This document shows, piece by piece, positions 9,985 to 22,007 of a stretch of 64,000 bases of DNA. The position numbers and the translations under genes were made by a program. Where the stretch lies: assembly GCA_016220005.1 (NCBI GenBank), contig JACRIV010000014.1, positions 695 to 64,694 of the forward strand, read 5' to 3'. This DNA comes from Deltaproteobacteria bacterium. Lineage in GTDB: Bacteria; Desulfobacterota; Deferrimicrobia; Deferrimicrobiales; Deferrimicrobiaceae. How positions within the stretch are numbered: the first letter of the stretch is position 1; every line of letters starts with the position of its first letter. The notes beneath the pieces are model-generated. The model saw only the letters and a program-made list of their open reading frames with translations. It did not search any database and was not told where the DNA came from.

Positions 9985-10443
9985 ATGAAGAAGCTGTTCG
10001 CGTTGTTCGTGGCAGTGGCGTTCGCCCTGTCGCTCGCGACGATGGCGGTCGCGGCCGAGGAGAAGAAGGCGGCGCCGGCGCCGGCGGCTCCGGCGAAGGC
10101 CGAGCCCGCGAAGAAGGAAGCGGCTCCCGCGAAAAAGGAAGCGGTCAAGAAGCCCAAGGCGCAGGTTGTCACCGGCACGATCGAGGCGCTCGATGCCGCC
10201 GCCGGGACGCTGACCGTCAAGGGGAAGAAGGAGCCCGTGAGCCTGAAGGCCGGCGAGAAAGTGAAGCTGGACGCGTTCAAGGTGGGTGACAAGGTTACGG
10301 TTACCTACTCCGAAGGCGTCGCCACCAAGATCGTCGCGGCGAAGAAGGCCGCCAAGAAGGAAGCCGCCCCGAAGAAGGAAGCCGCCCCGAAGAAGGAGGC
10401 AGCCCCCGCTCCCGCCCCCGTGAAGCCGGCGGAAAAGAAGTAA
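9985..10443 (+). CDS. small secreted Lys/Ala/Pro-rich protein with a central beta-rich domain
   Basis: Signal peptide MKKLFALFVAVAFALSLATMAVAA. KKEAAP repeats at both ends. Strong RBS AGGAGGAAGG. Confidence 0.55.
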   Translation: MKKLFALFVAVAFALSLATMAVAAEEKKAAPAPAAPAKAEPAKKEAAPAKKEAVKKPKAQVVTGTIEALDAAAGTLTVKGKKEPVSLKAGEKVKLDAFKVGDKVTVTYSEGVATKIVAAKKAAKKEAAPKKEAAPKKEAAPAPAPVKPAEKK

Positions 10444-10493
10444 CATCGAAAACGAAGAAGGACCGCCCCGCCCCACAAGGGCTGAGGCGCCTC

Positions 10494-10529
10494 GGGCAGG
10501 GGGACACAATCCCCCTGCCCATTTTCTTG
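10494..10529 (+). terminator. rho-independent terminator
   Basis: GGGCAGGGGGA-cacaat-CCCCCTGCCC hairpin followed by ATTTTCTT. Confidence 0.6.
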
Positions 10530-10613
10530 GTGCGCAAAGCCCAGTGCATTGACTTTTCCCGATGCCTTTGATAGACATTCTTCTTGCTTTATCCCCCAAC
10601 ACGCGAGGACCCT

Positions 10614-11738
10614 ATGAGCCGAAAGATCAACTTCAACGCCGGACCCGCCGCCCTTCCTCTCCCCGCTCTGGAGCGGGCTCGCGACGAGTTCCTCGACTTC
10701 GCCGGGAGCGGCATGTCGGTGATGGAGCACAGCCACCGCGGCAAGGAATACGAGGCGGTTCACGACGAGGCCATCGCCCTTGTCCGGGAGCTCCTCGGCG
10801 TCCCGTCGAGCTACGAGGTCCTGCTGCTCCAGGGAGGGGCCACGTCGCTGTTCGCCTTGGTGCCCATGAACCTCCTCGAGAAGGGCAAGACCGCCCAGTA
10901 CCTCGTCACCGGCGCCTGGGGCGAGAAGGCGCTCGGCGAAGCGAAGATCGTCTCGGCGATGTTCGGCGCGAACGTGACGGTCCAGAACATCGGCGCCGGC
11001 GAAGGCAAGGAGAAGAGCTACACACGGGTGCCGGCGCCCTCCGAGGTGAAGGTCGACCCCGGGGCCGCCTACCTGCACATCACCTCCAACGAAACCATCC
11101 ACGGGGTGGAATTCGACGTCGACGACTCCCGCGCCTTCCCCGACACAGGCAGAGTGCCTCTCGTCGCCGACATGTCGAGCGACTTCTTCTGGCGGCCCTT
11201 CGACATTACGAAGTTCGGCCTGGTCTACGCCGGCGCCCAGAAGAACATCGGCCCGTCGGGCGTGGTGGTCGCGGCGGTTTCGAAAGAGCTCGTGGAGAAG
11301 GGGAGGAAGGACATTCCCAAGATCTTCCAGTTCCGCACCCACGCAGAGAACAAGTCGCTCTACAACACCCCTCCCACCTTCGGTGTCTACATGGTCCGGA
11401 ACGTCCTTGCCTGGCTTAAGGCTGCGGGCGGCCTCGCCAAGGTCGAGGAGGTGAACCGGAAGAAGGCGGCACGCCTCTATGGCGTCATCGACAAGAACCC
11501 TCGGTTCTTCCGGTCGCCGGTGGAGAAGGAGAGCCGGTCGGTGATGAACGTGGTCTTCCGCCTTCCCAGCCCGGAGCTCGAGGAGCGGTTCATCGCCGAG
11601 GCCAAGAAGCGCGGCATGGTGGGTCTCAAGGGACACCGCTCCGTGGGCGGAATCCGAGTTTCCGCATACAACGCCGTCTCCTACGAGTGGGTGGATACTC
11701 TCGCCGGGTTCATGGAGGAGTTTGCGGGCACGAAGTGA
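10614..11738 (+). CDS. serC: phosphoserine aminotransferase
   Basis: Begins [15 protein letters not shown], the canonical SerC N-terminus. PLP-dependent class V fold. The ORF-track start at 10584 is 10 codons too long. Confidence 0.85.
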   Translation: MSRKINFNAGPAALPLPALERARDEFLDFAGSGMSVMEHSHRGKEYEAVHDEAIALVRELLGVPSSYEVLLLQGGATSLFALVPMNLLEKGKTAQYLVTGAWGEKALGEAKIVSAMFGANVTVQNIGAGEGKEKSYTRVPAPSEVKVDPGAAYLHITSNETIHGVEFDVDDSRAFPDTGRVPLVADMSSDFFWRPFDITKFGLVYAGAQKNIGPSGVVVAAVSKELVEKGRKDIPKIFQFRTHAENKSLYNTPPTFGVYMVRNVLAWLKAAGGLAKVEEVNRKKAARLYGVIDKNPRFFRSPVEKESRSVMNVVFRLPSPELEERFIAEAKKRGMVGLKGHRSVGGIRVSAYNAVSYEWVDTLAGFMEEFAGTK

Positions 11739-11744
11739 GAATAG

Positions 11745-14654
<2,910 letters not shown>

Positions 14655-14694
14655 CATACGCGGCTGTTGGCCGTTACCATAACACACTTCGGAA

Positions 14695-14770
14695 GAGCCC
14701 ATAGCTCAGTAGGTAGAGCATCTGACTTTTAATCAGAGGGTCGCAGGTTCGATTCCTGCTGGGCTCACCA
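14695..14770 (+). tRNA. tRNA-Lys (anticodon TTT)
   Basis: Acceptor GAGCCCA/TGGGCTC. D-arm GCTCAGTAGGTAGAGC. Anticodon loop CTTTTAA. T-arm GGTTCGATTCC. Encoded CCA. Confidence 0.85.
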
Positions 14771-14778
14771 GCGCACGC

Positions 14779-14856
14779 GTCCCCATCGTCTAGTCCGGCC
14801 AAGGACACCGCCCTTTCACGGCGGCGACGGGGGTTCAAATCCCCCTGGGGACGCCA
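14779..14856 (+). tRNA. tRNA-Glu (anticodon TTC)
   Basis: Acceptor GTCCCCA/TGGGGAC. Anticodon loop CTTTCAC. T-arm GGGGGTTCAAATCCCCC. Encoded CCA. Confidence 0.85.
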
Positions 14857-14863
14857 TTCCTTC

Positions 14864-14963
14864 GTTGCCGTCCCGAGGGGGATTTGAACGCGAGCCCGCG
14901 CCGACCGGACGCCACTCCAGTTGCCGTCCCCAGGGGGATTTGAACCCGAAGCAGGCGCCACTC
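14864..14963. repeat. two tandem degenerate copies (56 and 44 nt) carrying an inverted copy of the tRNA-Glu T-arm/3' acceptor
   Basis: gttgccgtccc[g/c]agggggatttgaac is the reverse complement of the gggttcaaatccccctggggacg portion of the adjacent tRNA-Glu. Both copies end in gcgccactc. No complete cloverleaf could be drawn. Confidence 0.6.
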
Positions 14964-15028
14964 TTTTTCCCCGCCTCCGAACTCCTTTCCTTGCATTTTA
15001 GGTTGGCTCGACTAAAAATAGTACGGTT

Positions 15029-16846
15029 ATGGATTTTCTCCGCCCGGAAAACCTTCTCCGATACGGCTACAAGGACTGCCTTCTCTGCGAGGTCGAGCGA
15101 AAGGGAGAGGAGAAAAGATGCCGGCGCTGTTCCGGCAGGGTGAACCAGCGCGACCGGCTGCTCTGGGAGATCAACCGGGGGAGGATCCGCCGCATCTCCG
15201 GAAGGCTGTCCCTGATCTATCCCGGTTTCGGCCATTTCTACAGCGGCAGGATCCTCCAGGGGATATTCTGGGCCATGCTCATCCCCCTGAGCGTCGGGCT
15301 GGTCCTGAGCGTCTGGCAGGGCCCGACGATCGGCCATGCCGTCCTCCTCCTCGGCTTCGGCATGATCTATTACCTCTCCTGGCTCGACGCCCGCCGGGGG
15401 TTCCGTGTGACCCTCGCCCCCTGCCAGGAGGCCTGTCCGTCCCACCTGAACGTCCCCGACTATATCGCCCTCGTGCGCGAGGGGCGCCCGCTGGAGGCGC
15501 TCGCCCTGGTCCACGACAGGCTTCCGTTCGCCGCCTTCTGCGGGAGGGCGTGCCCGCACCCCTGCGAGCAGAAATGCGTCCGCAACGAATACGACGCCCC
15601 CATCTCCATCATGGCGATCAAGCGATATGCGGCCGATCTGGGTTACGAGGCGCTGGTGGCCCCCTCCTCCGAGGTGGGGGACGGGGTCCCCGCGCCCCGC
15701 GTGGCGGTCATCGGGGCGGGCCCGGCGGGGCTGTCTGCGGCGAACACGCTCGCGCGTCTCGGTTGTCGCGCGACGGTATTCGACGCGAACGAGGAGCCCG
15801 GCGGAATGATGCGTTACTCCGTCGCGGAATTCCGTTTTCCCTACGAGGCGGGGCTCTCGGACGCCAGGACGATCCTCGCCCGGGGGGTCCATTTCCGGGG
15901 CGGGAAACGGTTCGGGCGGGATTTCACCTTCGCCGACCTCGCGGAAGAAGGGTTCGACGCCGTGCTGGTCGCCGTCGGCACGAATGACGCGGTCCGCCTT
16001 CCCGGCGTGGGGGGAGGGGACGAAGGGTTCATCGATGCCCTGATGTTCCTTTCCGGCGTGAGGCGCGGCAAGCTGTACCATCTCCGCGGCAGGCTCGTGG
16101 TCATCGGCGGCGGGAACGTCGCCATTGACGTGGCGAGGGTAGCGGTCCGGCTCGGGGCGGAGGACGTGACGATCGCTTGCCTGGAGTCCAGGGAGACGAT
16201 GCCGGCCTTCCGCTGGGAGGTCGAGGATGCGCTCGCCGAGGGGGTGAAGCTTCTGCCGGGCACGGCGGTGAAGAAGTTCCTGCTCCGGGAGGGGCGTGTT
16301 TCGGGATTCGAGGCGCTCGAAGTGGAGAGGATCGAGTTCGACGCGAAGGGGCGGATCGTCCCCCACACGGTCCTGGGAAGCGAGTTCGAGGTCCGCGCCG
16401 ACACGGTCGTCATGGCCATCGGAAGCCGCGCCGACATGGACTTCATACCGCCGTCCGCATCGCGCAAGCCCCTGGATGCCGCCCACCATGTTTATCGGTT
16501 GATTTTTAGGGAAAAGGAAATTAGAATCCCCGCCTATATGTGCGGCGACTGCGTGCGCGGCCCGGGCACGGTCGTCGAGGCGTCGGCCTCCGGAAGGGCG
16601 GCGGCGTTGAATGTTTTCGAGGATCTCTGCGTCCAAGAGGTCAGGAAAGCGCGGTTCGAGGATAATTACAGGCGCGCGGCCGAGCCGCAGGTCACCGACC
16701 GGCCCGAGTGGCGTTGCCGGCGGCCCGTGCCACGGCTTTCACCGGAAGAGAGCCGGCGGACTTTTCAGGAAGTGGAAAAGAGATTTGCCGAGGAAAGCGT
16801 TCACCACGAAGCGGAACGCTGTGCGCGGTGTAATCTCTGGCTATAA
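15029..16846 (+). CDS. membrane-anchored glutamate synthase small-subunit (GltD)-like NAD(P)H-dependent FAD/Fe-S oxidoreductase
   Basis: N-terminal zinc-ribbon CLLCE...CRRC plus 2 TM helices. GltD-type Fe-S region CQEACPSH...CGRACPHPCEQKC. Two Rossmann motifs VAVIGAGPAGL and VVIGGGNVAIDVA. Confidence 0.7.
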   Translation: MDFLRPENLLRYGYKDCLLCEVERKGEEKRCRRCSGRVNQRDRLLWEINRGRIRRISGRLSLIYPGFGHFYSGRILQGIFWAMLIPLSVGLVLSVWQGPTIGHAVLLLGFGMIYYLSWLDARRGFRVTLAPCQEACPSHLNVPDYIALVREGRPLEALALVHDRLPFAAFCGRACPHPCEQKCVRNEYDAPISIMAIKRYAADLGYEALVAPSSEVGDGVPAPRVAVIGAGPAGLSAANTLARLGCRATVFDANEEPGGMMRYSVAEFRFPYEAGLSDARTILARGVHFRGGKRFGRDFTFADLAEEGFDAVLVAVGTNDAVRLPGVGGGDEGFIDALMFLSGVRRGKLYHLRGRLVVIGGGNVAIDVARVAVRLGAEDVTIACLESRETMPAFRWEVEDALAEGVKLLPGTAVKKFLLREGRVSGFEALEVERIEFDAKGRIVPHTVLGSEFEVRADTVVMAIGSRADMDFIPPSASRKPLDAAHHVYRLIFREKEIRIPAYMCGDCVRGPGTVVEASASGRAAALNVFEDLCVQEVRKARFEDNYRRAAEPQVTDRPEWRCRRPVPRLSPEESRRTFQEVEKRFAEESVHHEAERCARCNLWL

Positions 16847-16872
16847 ACCAACACGGAAGGGGGTGAGTTCGG

Positions 16873-17217
16873 ATGAAGAAGTTCGCAACTTTCCTGGCGA
16901 TCGTCGCGGCGGTACTGTTCTCGGCCGGGCTGGTCATCAGCGCGGAGGCTCCGGAAAAGATCACCATCAAGTTCGTCCAGAAGACCAGGCCTCCGGTGGA
17001 GTTCCCCCACAAGGCCCACATCGCGAGGGCGAAGAACTGTCAGGAGTGCCACCACAAGAACGAGGCCGGCAAAGAGGAGAAGTGCTCCAACTGCCACAAG
17101 GCCAAGACGGAAGGCAAGGTGGTCGAGTTCAAGGAGGCCATGCACACCAAGTGCAAGGACTGCCACAAGAAACACAACGGCCCGACCAAGTGTGACGACT
17201 GCCACAAGAAGAAGTAA
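16873..17217 (+). CDS. periplasmic tetrahaem cytochrome c3-family protein
   Basis: Signal peptide. Four CxxCH motifs (CQECH, CSNCH, CKDCH, CDDCH) in about 90 mature residues. Confidence 0.85.
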   Translation: MKKFATFLAIVAAVLFSAGLVISAEAPEKITIKFVQKTRPPVEFPHKAHIARAKNCQECHHKNEAGKEEKCSNCHKAKTEGKVVEFKEAMHTKCKDCHKKHNGPTKCDDCHKKK

Positions 17218-17251
17218 ACGCTTTGCGAAAGGGATCACGGGAAAGACGGGA

Positions 17252-17283
17252 AAGGGCGGGAACCCCCCGCCCTTTCGTATTTA
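17252..17283 (+). terminator. rho-independent terminator
   Basis: AGGGCGGG-aacc-CCCGCCCT hairpin followed by TTCGTATTT. Confidence 0.6.
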
Positions 17284-17350
17284 GATTGACTACCTGTCCT
17301 CCAATATAGTATACAGTATACGTTTATCCATCATTCGAAGGTGAATCCCC

Positions 17351-18730
17351 ATGGCGGACGATAAGCGCAGTCAATCCCCGATGGACAAAGTGTGGAATCT
17401 CTTCACCTCCCTGAAGCTCGCCATCACCCTGATCATCATCATGGCCGTCGCCTCCATCTTCGGGACGGTCATCGAGCAGAACCAGCCGATCGAAAAGTAC
17501 CGGCAGTTCTACAGCGACGCGACCATCAGGATGCTCGACGCCCTGAACCTCTTCGACATGTACCATTCCTGGTGGTTCCTCCTCCTGCTCGTGCTGTTCA
17601 CCGTGAACCTTTCGTGCTGCACACTCGACCGGCTGCCGCGGGTCGTGAAGGTCGTCCGGAACCCGAAGACGAGACTCGACGACGGTCTCGAGAAGACGCT
17701 CCCCCTGGTGGACCGGTGGAAGAAGAAAGGATCCCTGCAGGCCTGGGCCGAGAAATACGCGGAAGTCGTAGGGGGTGCGGTAGGGAAACCCCTCGTGACG
17801 CAGAACAGCGAGACGCTGCACCTCTATGCCGAAAGAGGCGTCGTCTCCCGCTTCGGCGTCTACGTGACCCATCTCTCCATCATTATTATTTTCATCGGGG
17901 CGATCATCGGCAACGTGTTCGGCTTCAAGGGATACGCCAACATCGTGGAGGGGCAGTCCGTGCGGTCGATCCCGACGCGGGGAGGCTCCCGGCCCGTCGA
18001 CCTGGGGTTCGAGGTGCGGTGCAACCGGTTCGCCGTCAGCTTCTACACGGACCAGTTCGGTAACCCGACGCAGCAACCAAAGGAATACGCCTCCGACCTG
18101 AGCGTCATCGAGAACGGGCGGGAAGTGCTCCGCAAGAAGATCGTCGTCAATGACCCCCTGCAGTACAAGGGGGTCTGGTTTTACCAGTCGAGCTACGGCC
18201 CGGCCGGCGGAGCCTCCGCCCGCGTCAGGGTCAGCAGCGCGAACGGAGGCCCGGTGGCGGATCTTTCGTTCCATGCGGGCCAGCAGGTGGAGATCCCGGG
18301 GTACGGGACCATCACCGGCGTGGATTACCAGCAGGACTACCGGGGGTTCGGCCCCGCCCTTCTGGTGGTCCTTAAGAAACCCGGCGGGCAGGCGACGGAG
18401 TTCTGGCTGCTGCAGGGGCGGCCCGATTCCGACCGGCAGAGACAGGATCCGTACTTTCTCTCCTTCGGGGGCCTGAGCCAGGCCTACTACACCGGTCTCC
18501 AGGTCGCCAGGGACCCCGGCGTGAACGTGGTATGGCTGGGATGCGCCCTCATGGTCCTCGGCATCATCATCGCGTTCTTCATGTCCCATCAGCGCGTATG
18601 GGTCCGCCTGACGCCTGCCGCCGACGGCCGCGTGGAGGTCGTCCTCGCCGGTTCGGCGTCCCGAAACAGGCTTGCTTTCGAAAGGAAATTTGAGAAAATA
18701 CAGGACGATTTGAAGGCGCTCGCGGTTTGA
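17351..18730 (+). CDS. resB: cytochrome c biogenesis protein ResB/Ccs1 (System II)
   Basis: N-terminal TM helices, a large periplasmic domain and a C-terminal TM with the conserved W-rich end. Sits immediately upstream of ccsA. Confidence 0.8.
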   Translation: MADDKRSQSPMDKVWNLFTSLKLAITLIIIMAVASIFGTVIEQNQPIEKYRQFYSDATIRMLDALNLFDMYHSWWFLLLLVLFTVNLSCCTLDRLPRVVKVVRNPKTRLDDGLEKTLPLVDRWKKKGSLQAWAEKYAEVVGGAVGKPLVTQNSETLHLYAERGVVSRFGVYVTHLSIIIIFIGAIIGNVFGFKGYANIVEGQSVRSIPTRGGSRPVDLGFEVRCNRFAVSFYTDQFGNPTQQPKEYASDLSVIENGREVLRKKIVVNDPLQYKGVWFYQSSYGPAGGASARVRVSSANGGPVADLSFHAGQQVEIPGYGTITGVDYQQDYRGFGPALLVVLKKPGGQATEFWLLQGRPDSDRQRQDPYFLSFGGLSQAYYTGLQVARDPGVNVVWLGCALMVLGIIIAFFMSHQRVWVRLTPAADGRVEVVLAGSASRNRLAFERKFEKIQDDLKALAV

Positions 18731-18776
18731 AGGCCCTTTCTTTCATTCCCGCAGTCGCAACAGGAGCAGCATCGCC

Positions 18777-19616
18777 ATGATCAATGTGCGTCTTTTCGAC
18801 TTGACTACCCTCTTGTTCGGCGTGGCCTCGGTGAACTACGTGGCCGCCCTCTACGGGAAGAGAGACACTCTCGCCCGCATCGGCACCTGGATCTGCGTGG
18901 CCGCGGCGGTCGTCTCGACCGCCGCTCTCGGCGTCCGGTGGGCCGAGTCCTACCGGATGGGGATCGGGCGGATCCCGGTCACGAACCTCTACGAGTCGCT
19001 CGTGTTCTTCGCGTGGGCGGTCAACCTCTTCTATCTCGTCGTGGAGTGGAAGTACAAGAACCGCACCTTCGGCGCCTTCGTCATGCCCATCGCCTTCCTG
19101 ACCATGCTGTTCGCCTTCACGAACGAGAGCAGCATCCAGCCGCTCGTGCCCGCCCTCCAGTCCTACTGGCTCCACGCCCACGTGATCACCTGCTTCATCG
19201 GGTACGCGGCCTTCGCCGTGTCTGCCGGCGTGGCGGCGATGTACCTGCTCAAGGCCAGGCGCGAGGAGTCCAAGACCCCGGGCGGGGTGGTCGGCCTCTT
19301 CCCCTCCAGCAAGGCGCTCGACGACCTGGTCTACAAGGCGATCATCTGGGGGTTCCCGTTCCTGACCGCCGGGATCATCACGGGGGCGGCTTGGGCGAAC
19401 TACGCATGGGGGACGTACTGGTCGTGGGACCCCAAGGAGACCTGGTCGCTCATCGTCTGGCTCGTGTACGCGGCGTTCCTTCACGCCCGGATCACCCGCG
19501 GCTGGCACGGCAAGCGGGCCGCGATCCTGTCGATCGCCGGCTTCCTGGCGACGGTGATGTGTTACCTCGGGGTCAACCTGGTGCTCTCCGGGCTGCATTC
19601 CTACGGCGGCTCGTAA
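18777..19616 (+). CDS. ccsA: cytochrome c-type biogenesis protein CcsA/ResC (haem export/lyase, System II)
   Basis: Multi-TM protein with the WWD-type Trp-rich motif AAWANYAWGTYWSWDPKETWS and conserved His residues. Confidence 0.85.
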   Translation: MINVRLFDLTTLLFGVASVNYVAALYGKRDTLARIGTWICVAAAVVSTAALGVRWAESYRMGIGRIPVTNLYESLVFFAWAVNLFYLVVEWKYKNRTFGAFVMPIAFLTMLFAFTNESSIQPLVPALQSYWLHAHVITCFIGYAAFAVSAGVAAMYLLKARREESKTPGGVVGLFPSSKALDDLVYKAIIWGFPFLTAGIITGAAWANYAWGTYWSWDPKETWSLIVWLVYAAFLHARITRGWHGKRAAILSIAGFLATVMCYLGVNLVLSGLHSYGGS

Positions 19617-19670
19617 TACGCGGGTGACATAGAGACGTTCACTACTACGGTACGGGCAGGGAGGTGCCGC

Positions 19671-20969
19671 ATGCGAAAGTCTGTCGGTTCCATCGGGGTG
19701 GCCGTACTGGTACTCGGGATTTCGGGTTTTCTCCGCGGTGAATCCCTTGCGGCGGATGCCTGCGTGACGGCGGAATGTCACGCGACGATGGGAAAAGCCG
19801 CCTTCGTGCATGGCCCCGTCGGGGTGATGCAATGCGCCGTGTGCCACCTGGAGGCGAAGAAGGGGCACCCGACGAAGAAGGGACCGGACTTCAAGCTGGC
19901 GGCGACAGGCAAGGCCCTCTGCGAGAAGTGCCACCAGCCGGTGGACAGGTTCGAGTACAAGCATACCCCCGTGAAGAAGGGGGAGTGCCTCGGCTGCCAC
20001 GACCCACACCAGTCTTCCGCGGCCAAACAGCTGAAGAAGGCCAAGACGTCGGAGCTGTGCCACACCTGCCACAAGAACACGCAGCAGGCGAAGAAGTTCC
20101 TCCACGGCCCCGTGGCCACCGGCGACTGCAACGTATGCCACAACCCCCACTCCTCCCCGAATCCCAAGCAGCTCGTCGCGCGGGGTAACGACGCCTGTTT
20201 CCTCTGCCACGAGGACCGCAAGGCCGAGTTCACCCGGAAGTACCCGCACAAGCCGGCCCAGGAGTCGTGCCTGAAATGCCACGACCCCCACAATGCGGAC
20301 CATCCCTTCATGCTGGCGAGCGAGGGGACAGGGCTTTGCCTCGGCTGCCACAAGAAGATGGAGGAGCACCTAAAGACCGCGGCCGTCAAGCACGGGGCCC
20401 TCCAGAAGGGGACGTGCACCACCTGCCACACCCCTCATTCGTCCGACTACCCGAGGCAGTTGAAGACGCACACCAAGGACATCTGCTACACCTGCCACAA
20501 GGATATGGGCGCCAAGGTCCGCGCGGCGAAGAGACTGCACGGTCCCGTCCAGCAGAACGACTGCTACGCATGCCACGATCCCCACGGGAGCAGGAACCCG
20601 TTGATCCTCAAGAAATACTTCCCGTCGGAGTTCTACAAGCCGTACGCGACGGAGAATTACGCGATGTGCTTCGACTGCCACAACAAGGACATCGCGCTGG
20701 ACAAGATCACGACGAAGCTTACGAACTTCCGCAACGGCGACACGAACATGCATTTCCTCCACGTGAACAAGGAGAAGGGGCGCTCCTGCAAGGCGTGCCA
20801 CGAAGTCCACGCAGGGAACCAGGACAAGCACATCCGCAAGGAAGTGCCGTTCGGCAAGGCATGGATGCTGCCCGTCACCTACACGAAAACCCAGAACGGG
20901 GGCACCTGCGTCGTCGGCTGCCACAAGCCGAAGACCTACGACCGCGTCAGCCCCGTGAAGTACGAATAG
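19671..20969 (+). CDS. multihaem cytochrome c with at least 13 CxxCH sites; repeated c7-like modules
   Basis: Signal peptide. 13 canonical CxxCH plus one CX4CH and one CX3CH site. Recurrent H-G-P-V...C..CH.PH spacing as in polymeric c7-domain cytochromes. Confidence 0.85.
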   Translation: MRKSVGSIGVAVLVLGISGFLRGESLAADACVTAECHATMGKAAFVHGPVGVMQCAVCHLEAKKGHPTKKGPDFKLAATGKALCEKCHQPVDRFEYKHTPVKKGECLGCHDPHQSSAAKQLKKAKTSELCHTCHKNTQQAKKFLHGPVATGDCNVCHNPHSSPNPKQLVARGNDACFLCHEDRKAEFTRKYPHKPAQESCLKCHDPHNADHPFMLASEGTGLCLGCHKKMEEHLKTAAVKHGALQKGTCTTCHTPHSSDYPRQLKTHTKDICYTCHKDMGAKVRAAKRLHGPVQQNDCYACHDPHGSRNPLILKKYFPSEFYKPYATENYAMCFDCHNKDIALDKITTKLTNFRNGDTNMHFLHVNKEKGRSCKACHEVHAGNQDKHIRKEVPFGKAWMLPVTYTKTQNGGTCVVGCHKPKTYDRVSPVKYE

Positions 20970-20979
20970 GAGGGGGGGT

Positions 20980-21990
20980 ATGAGCAGGTCCCGTCGTCGC
21001 GTCCCGTTGTTTGTATTCACCTTCCTCGCGGCGGTGTGTTTCTCGACGGTCCCGGGGACAGGGTCGGCGTTCCGGAACGTCAAGGAAGGCGCCCCGGCGA
21101 TCCCCTTCACCCTCAAGGACTTCGAGGGGAAGGATTTCGAGTTCAAGCCCGACTCGGGCAGGGTCACGATCCTGTCGTTCGTGAAGCTCGCGCAGGACCG
21201 GTCGAAGGACCAGCTCAGAGATCTCGTAGCCTTGCAGGGCGAGCTCGGGCCCAAGGGGGTGGACTTCCTCATCGTCTCGAGCTATACGGACACGCCCGAG
21301 GACGCCAAGAAGGTCGCCGCGGAGATGAACGTCAAGTTCCCGATCCTCCTGGACAAGGACCAGAGGGTCTACGGGGACTACGGGCTGTTCATCCTCCCCT
21401 CCACGGGCATCGTCGGGAAGGACGGGAAGTTCGCCTTCGAGCACTCCAGCCACGGGCGCGACTTCAAGGACGTGGTGGGGGGGAAAGCCAAGGTGCTCGC
21501 CGGGCTGATGACGGAAGAGGAGTACAAGAAGCTGGTCACGCCGGTCGAAGCGGTCCGGAAGAGCAAGGAGGAGAACGAAGCCGAGCGCTTGCTGGCTCTC
21601 GGGCGGACGCTGTTCAAGCGCGGCATGCCCGACAAGGCGGCCGATAAGTTCGCCAAGGCGGTGGAGCTCGACCCGAAGAACCCGGGGGGGCGCATCGCCT
21701 ACGGAGAGTCCCTGGTGGCGTTGAAGAAGTACGACGAGGCGCTCGTCCAGTTTCAGAAGGCGAAAGAGCTTTCTCCCGCGAGCAAGGATGCGCAGTTGGG
21801 CATCGGGACCGTGCATTTGGAGAAGGGCGAGCACGACAAGGCGATCCGGGAGATCTCCGAGGCGGCGATGCTCAACCCCAAGCCCGAGAAGGCGAATTTC
21901 TGGCTCGGGGTCGCCTACGAGAAAAAGGGAGATCTCCCGAATGCGGTGAAGTACTACCGAAAGGCCGTCGAGAAGCTCATCAAGGAGTAG
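20980..21990 (+). CDS. Cys-less thioredoxin-fold (TlpA/redoxin-like) domain fused to TPR repeats
   Basis: The N-terminal half aligns with the TlpA fold (bacterial thiol-disulfide oxidoreductase), but the WCxxC position reads SFVKLAQDRS with no cysteine. The C-terminal half carries TPR-like repeats. Confidence 0.6.
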   Translation: MSRSRRRVPLFVFTFLAAVCFSTVPGTGSAFRNVKEGAPAIPFTLKDFEGKDFEFKPDSGRVTILSFVKLAQDRSKDQLRDLVALQGELGPKGVDFLIVSSYTDTPEDAKKVAAEMNVKFPILLDKDQRVYGDYGLFILPSTGIVGKDGKFAFEHSSHGRDFKDVVGGKAKVLAGLMTEEEYKKLVTPVEAVRKSKEENEAERLLALGRTLFKRGMPDKAADKFAKAVELDPKNPGGRIAYGESLVALKKYDEALVQFQKAKELSPASKDAQLGIGTVHLEKGEHDKAIREISEAAMLNPKPEKANFWLGVAYEKKGDLPNAVKYYRKAVEKLIKE

Positions 21991-22007
21991 CCGGAGGAGC
22001 GGAAATC

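Noticed and set aside
14864-14963. Possible minus-strand tRNA (including tRNA-Sec because of TTCAAAT loops and roughly 100-nt length).
   Set aside because: No acceptor-stem pairing, D-arm or consistent cloverleaf could be drawn for either copy or for the pair. Best explained as degenerate inverted copies of the tRNA-Glu 3' end.
17286-17312. Sigma-70-like TTGACT ... TATAGT/TAGTAT upstream of resB, plus tatacagtatac repeats.
   Set aside because: Spacer of 13 or 15 nt and a weak -10. It could be a promoter or regulator site, but I cannot support it from sequence alone.
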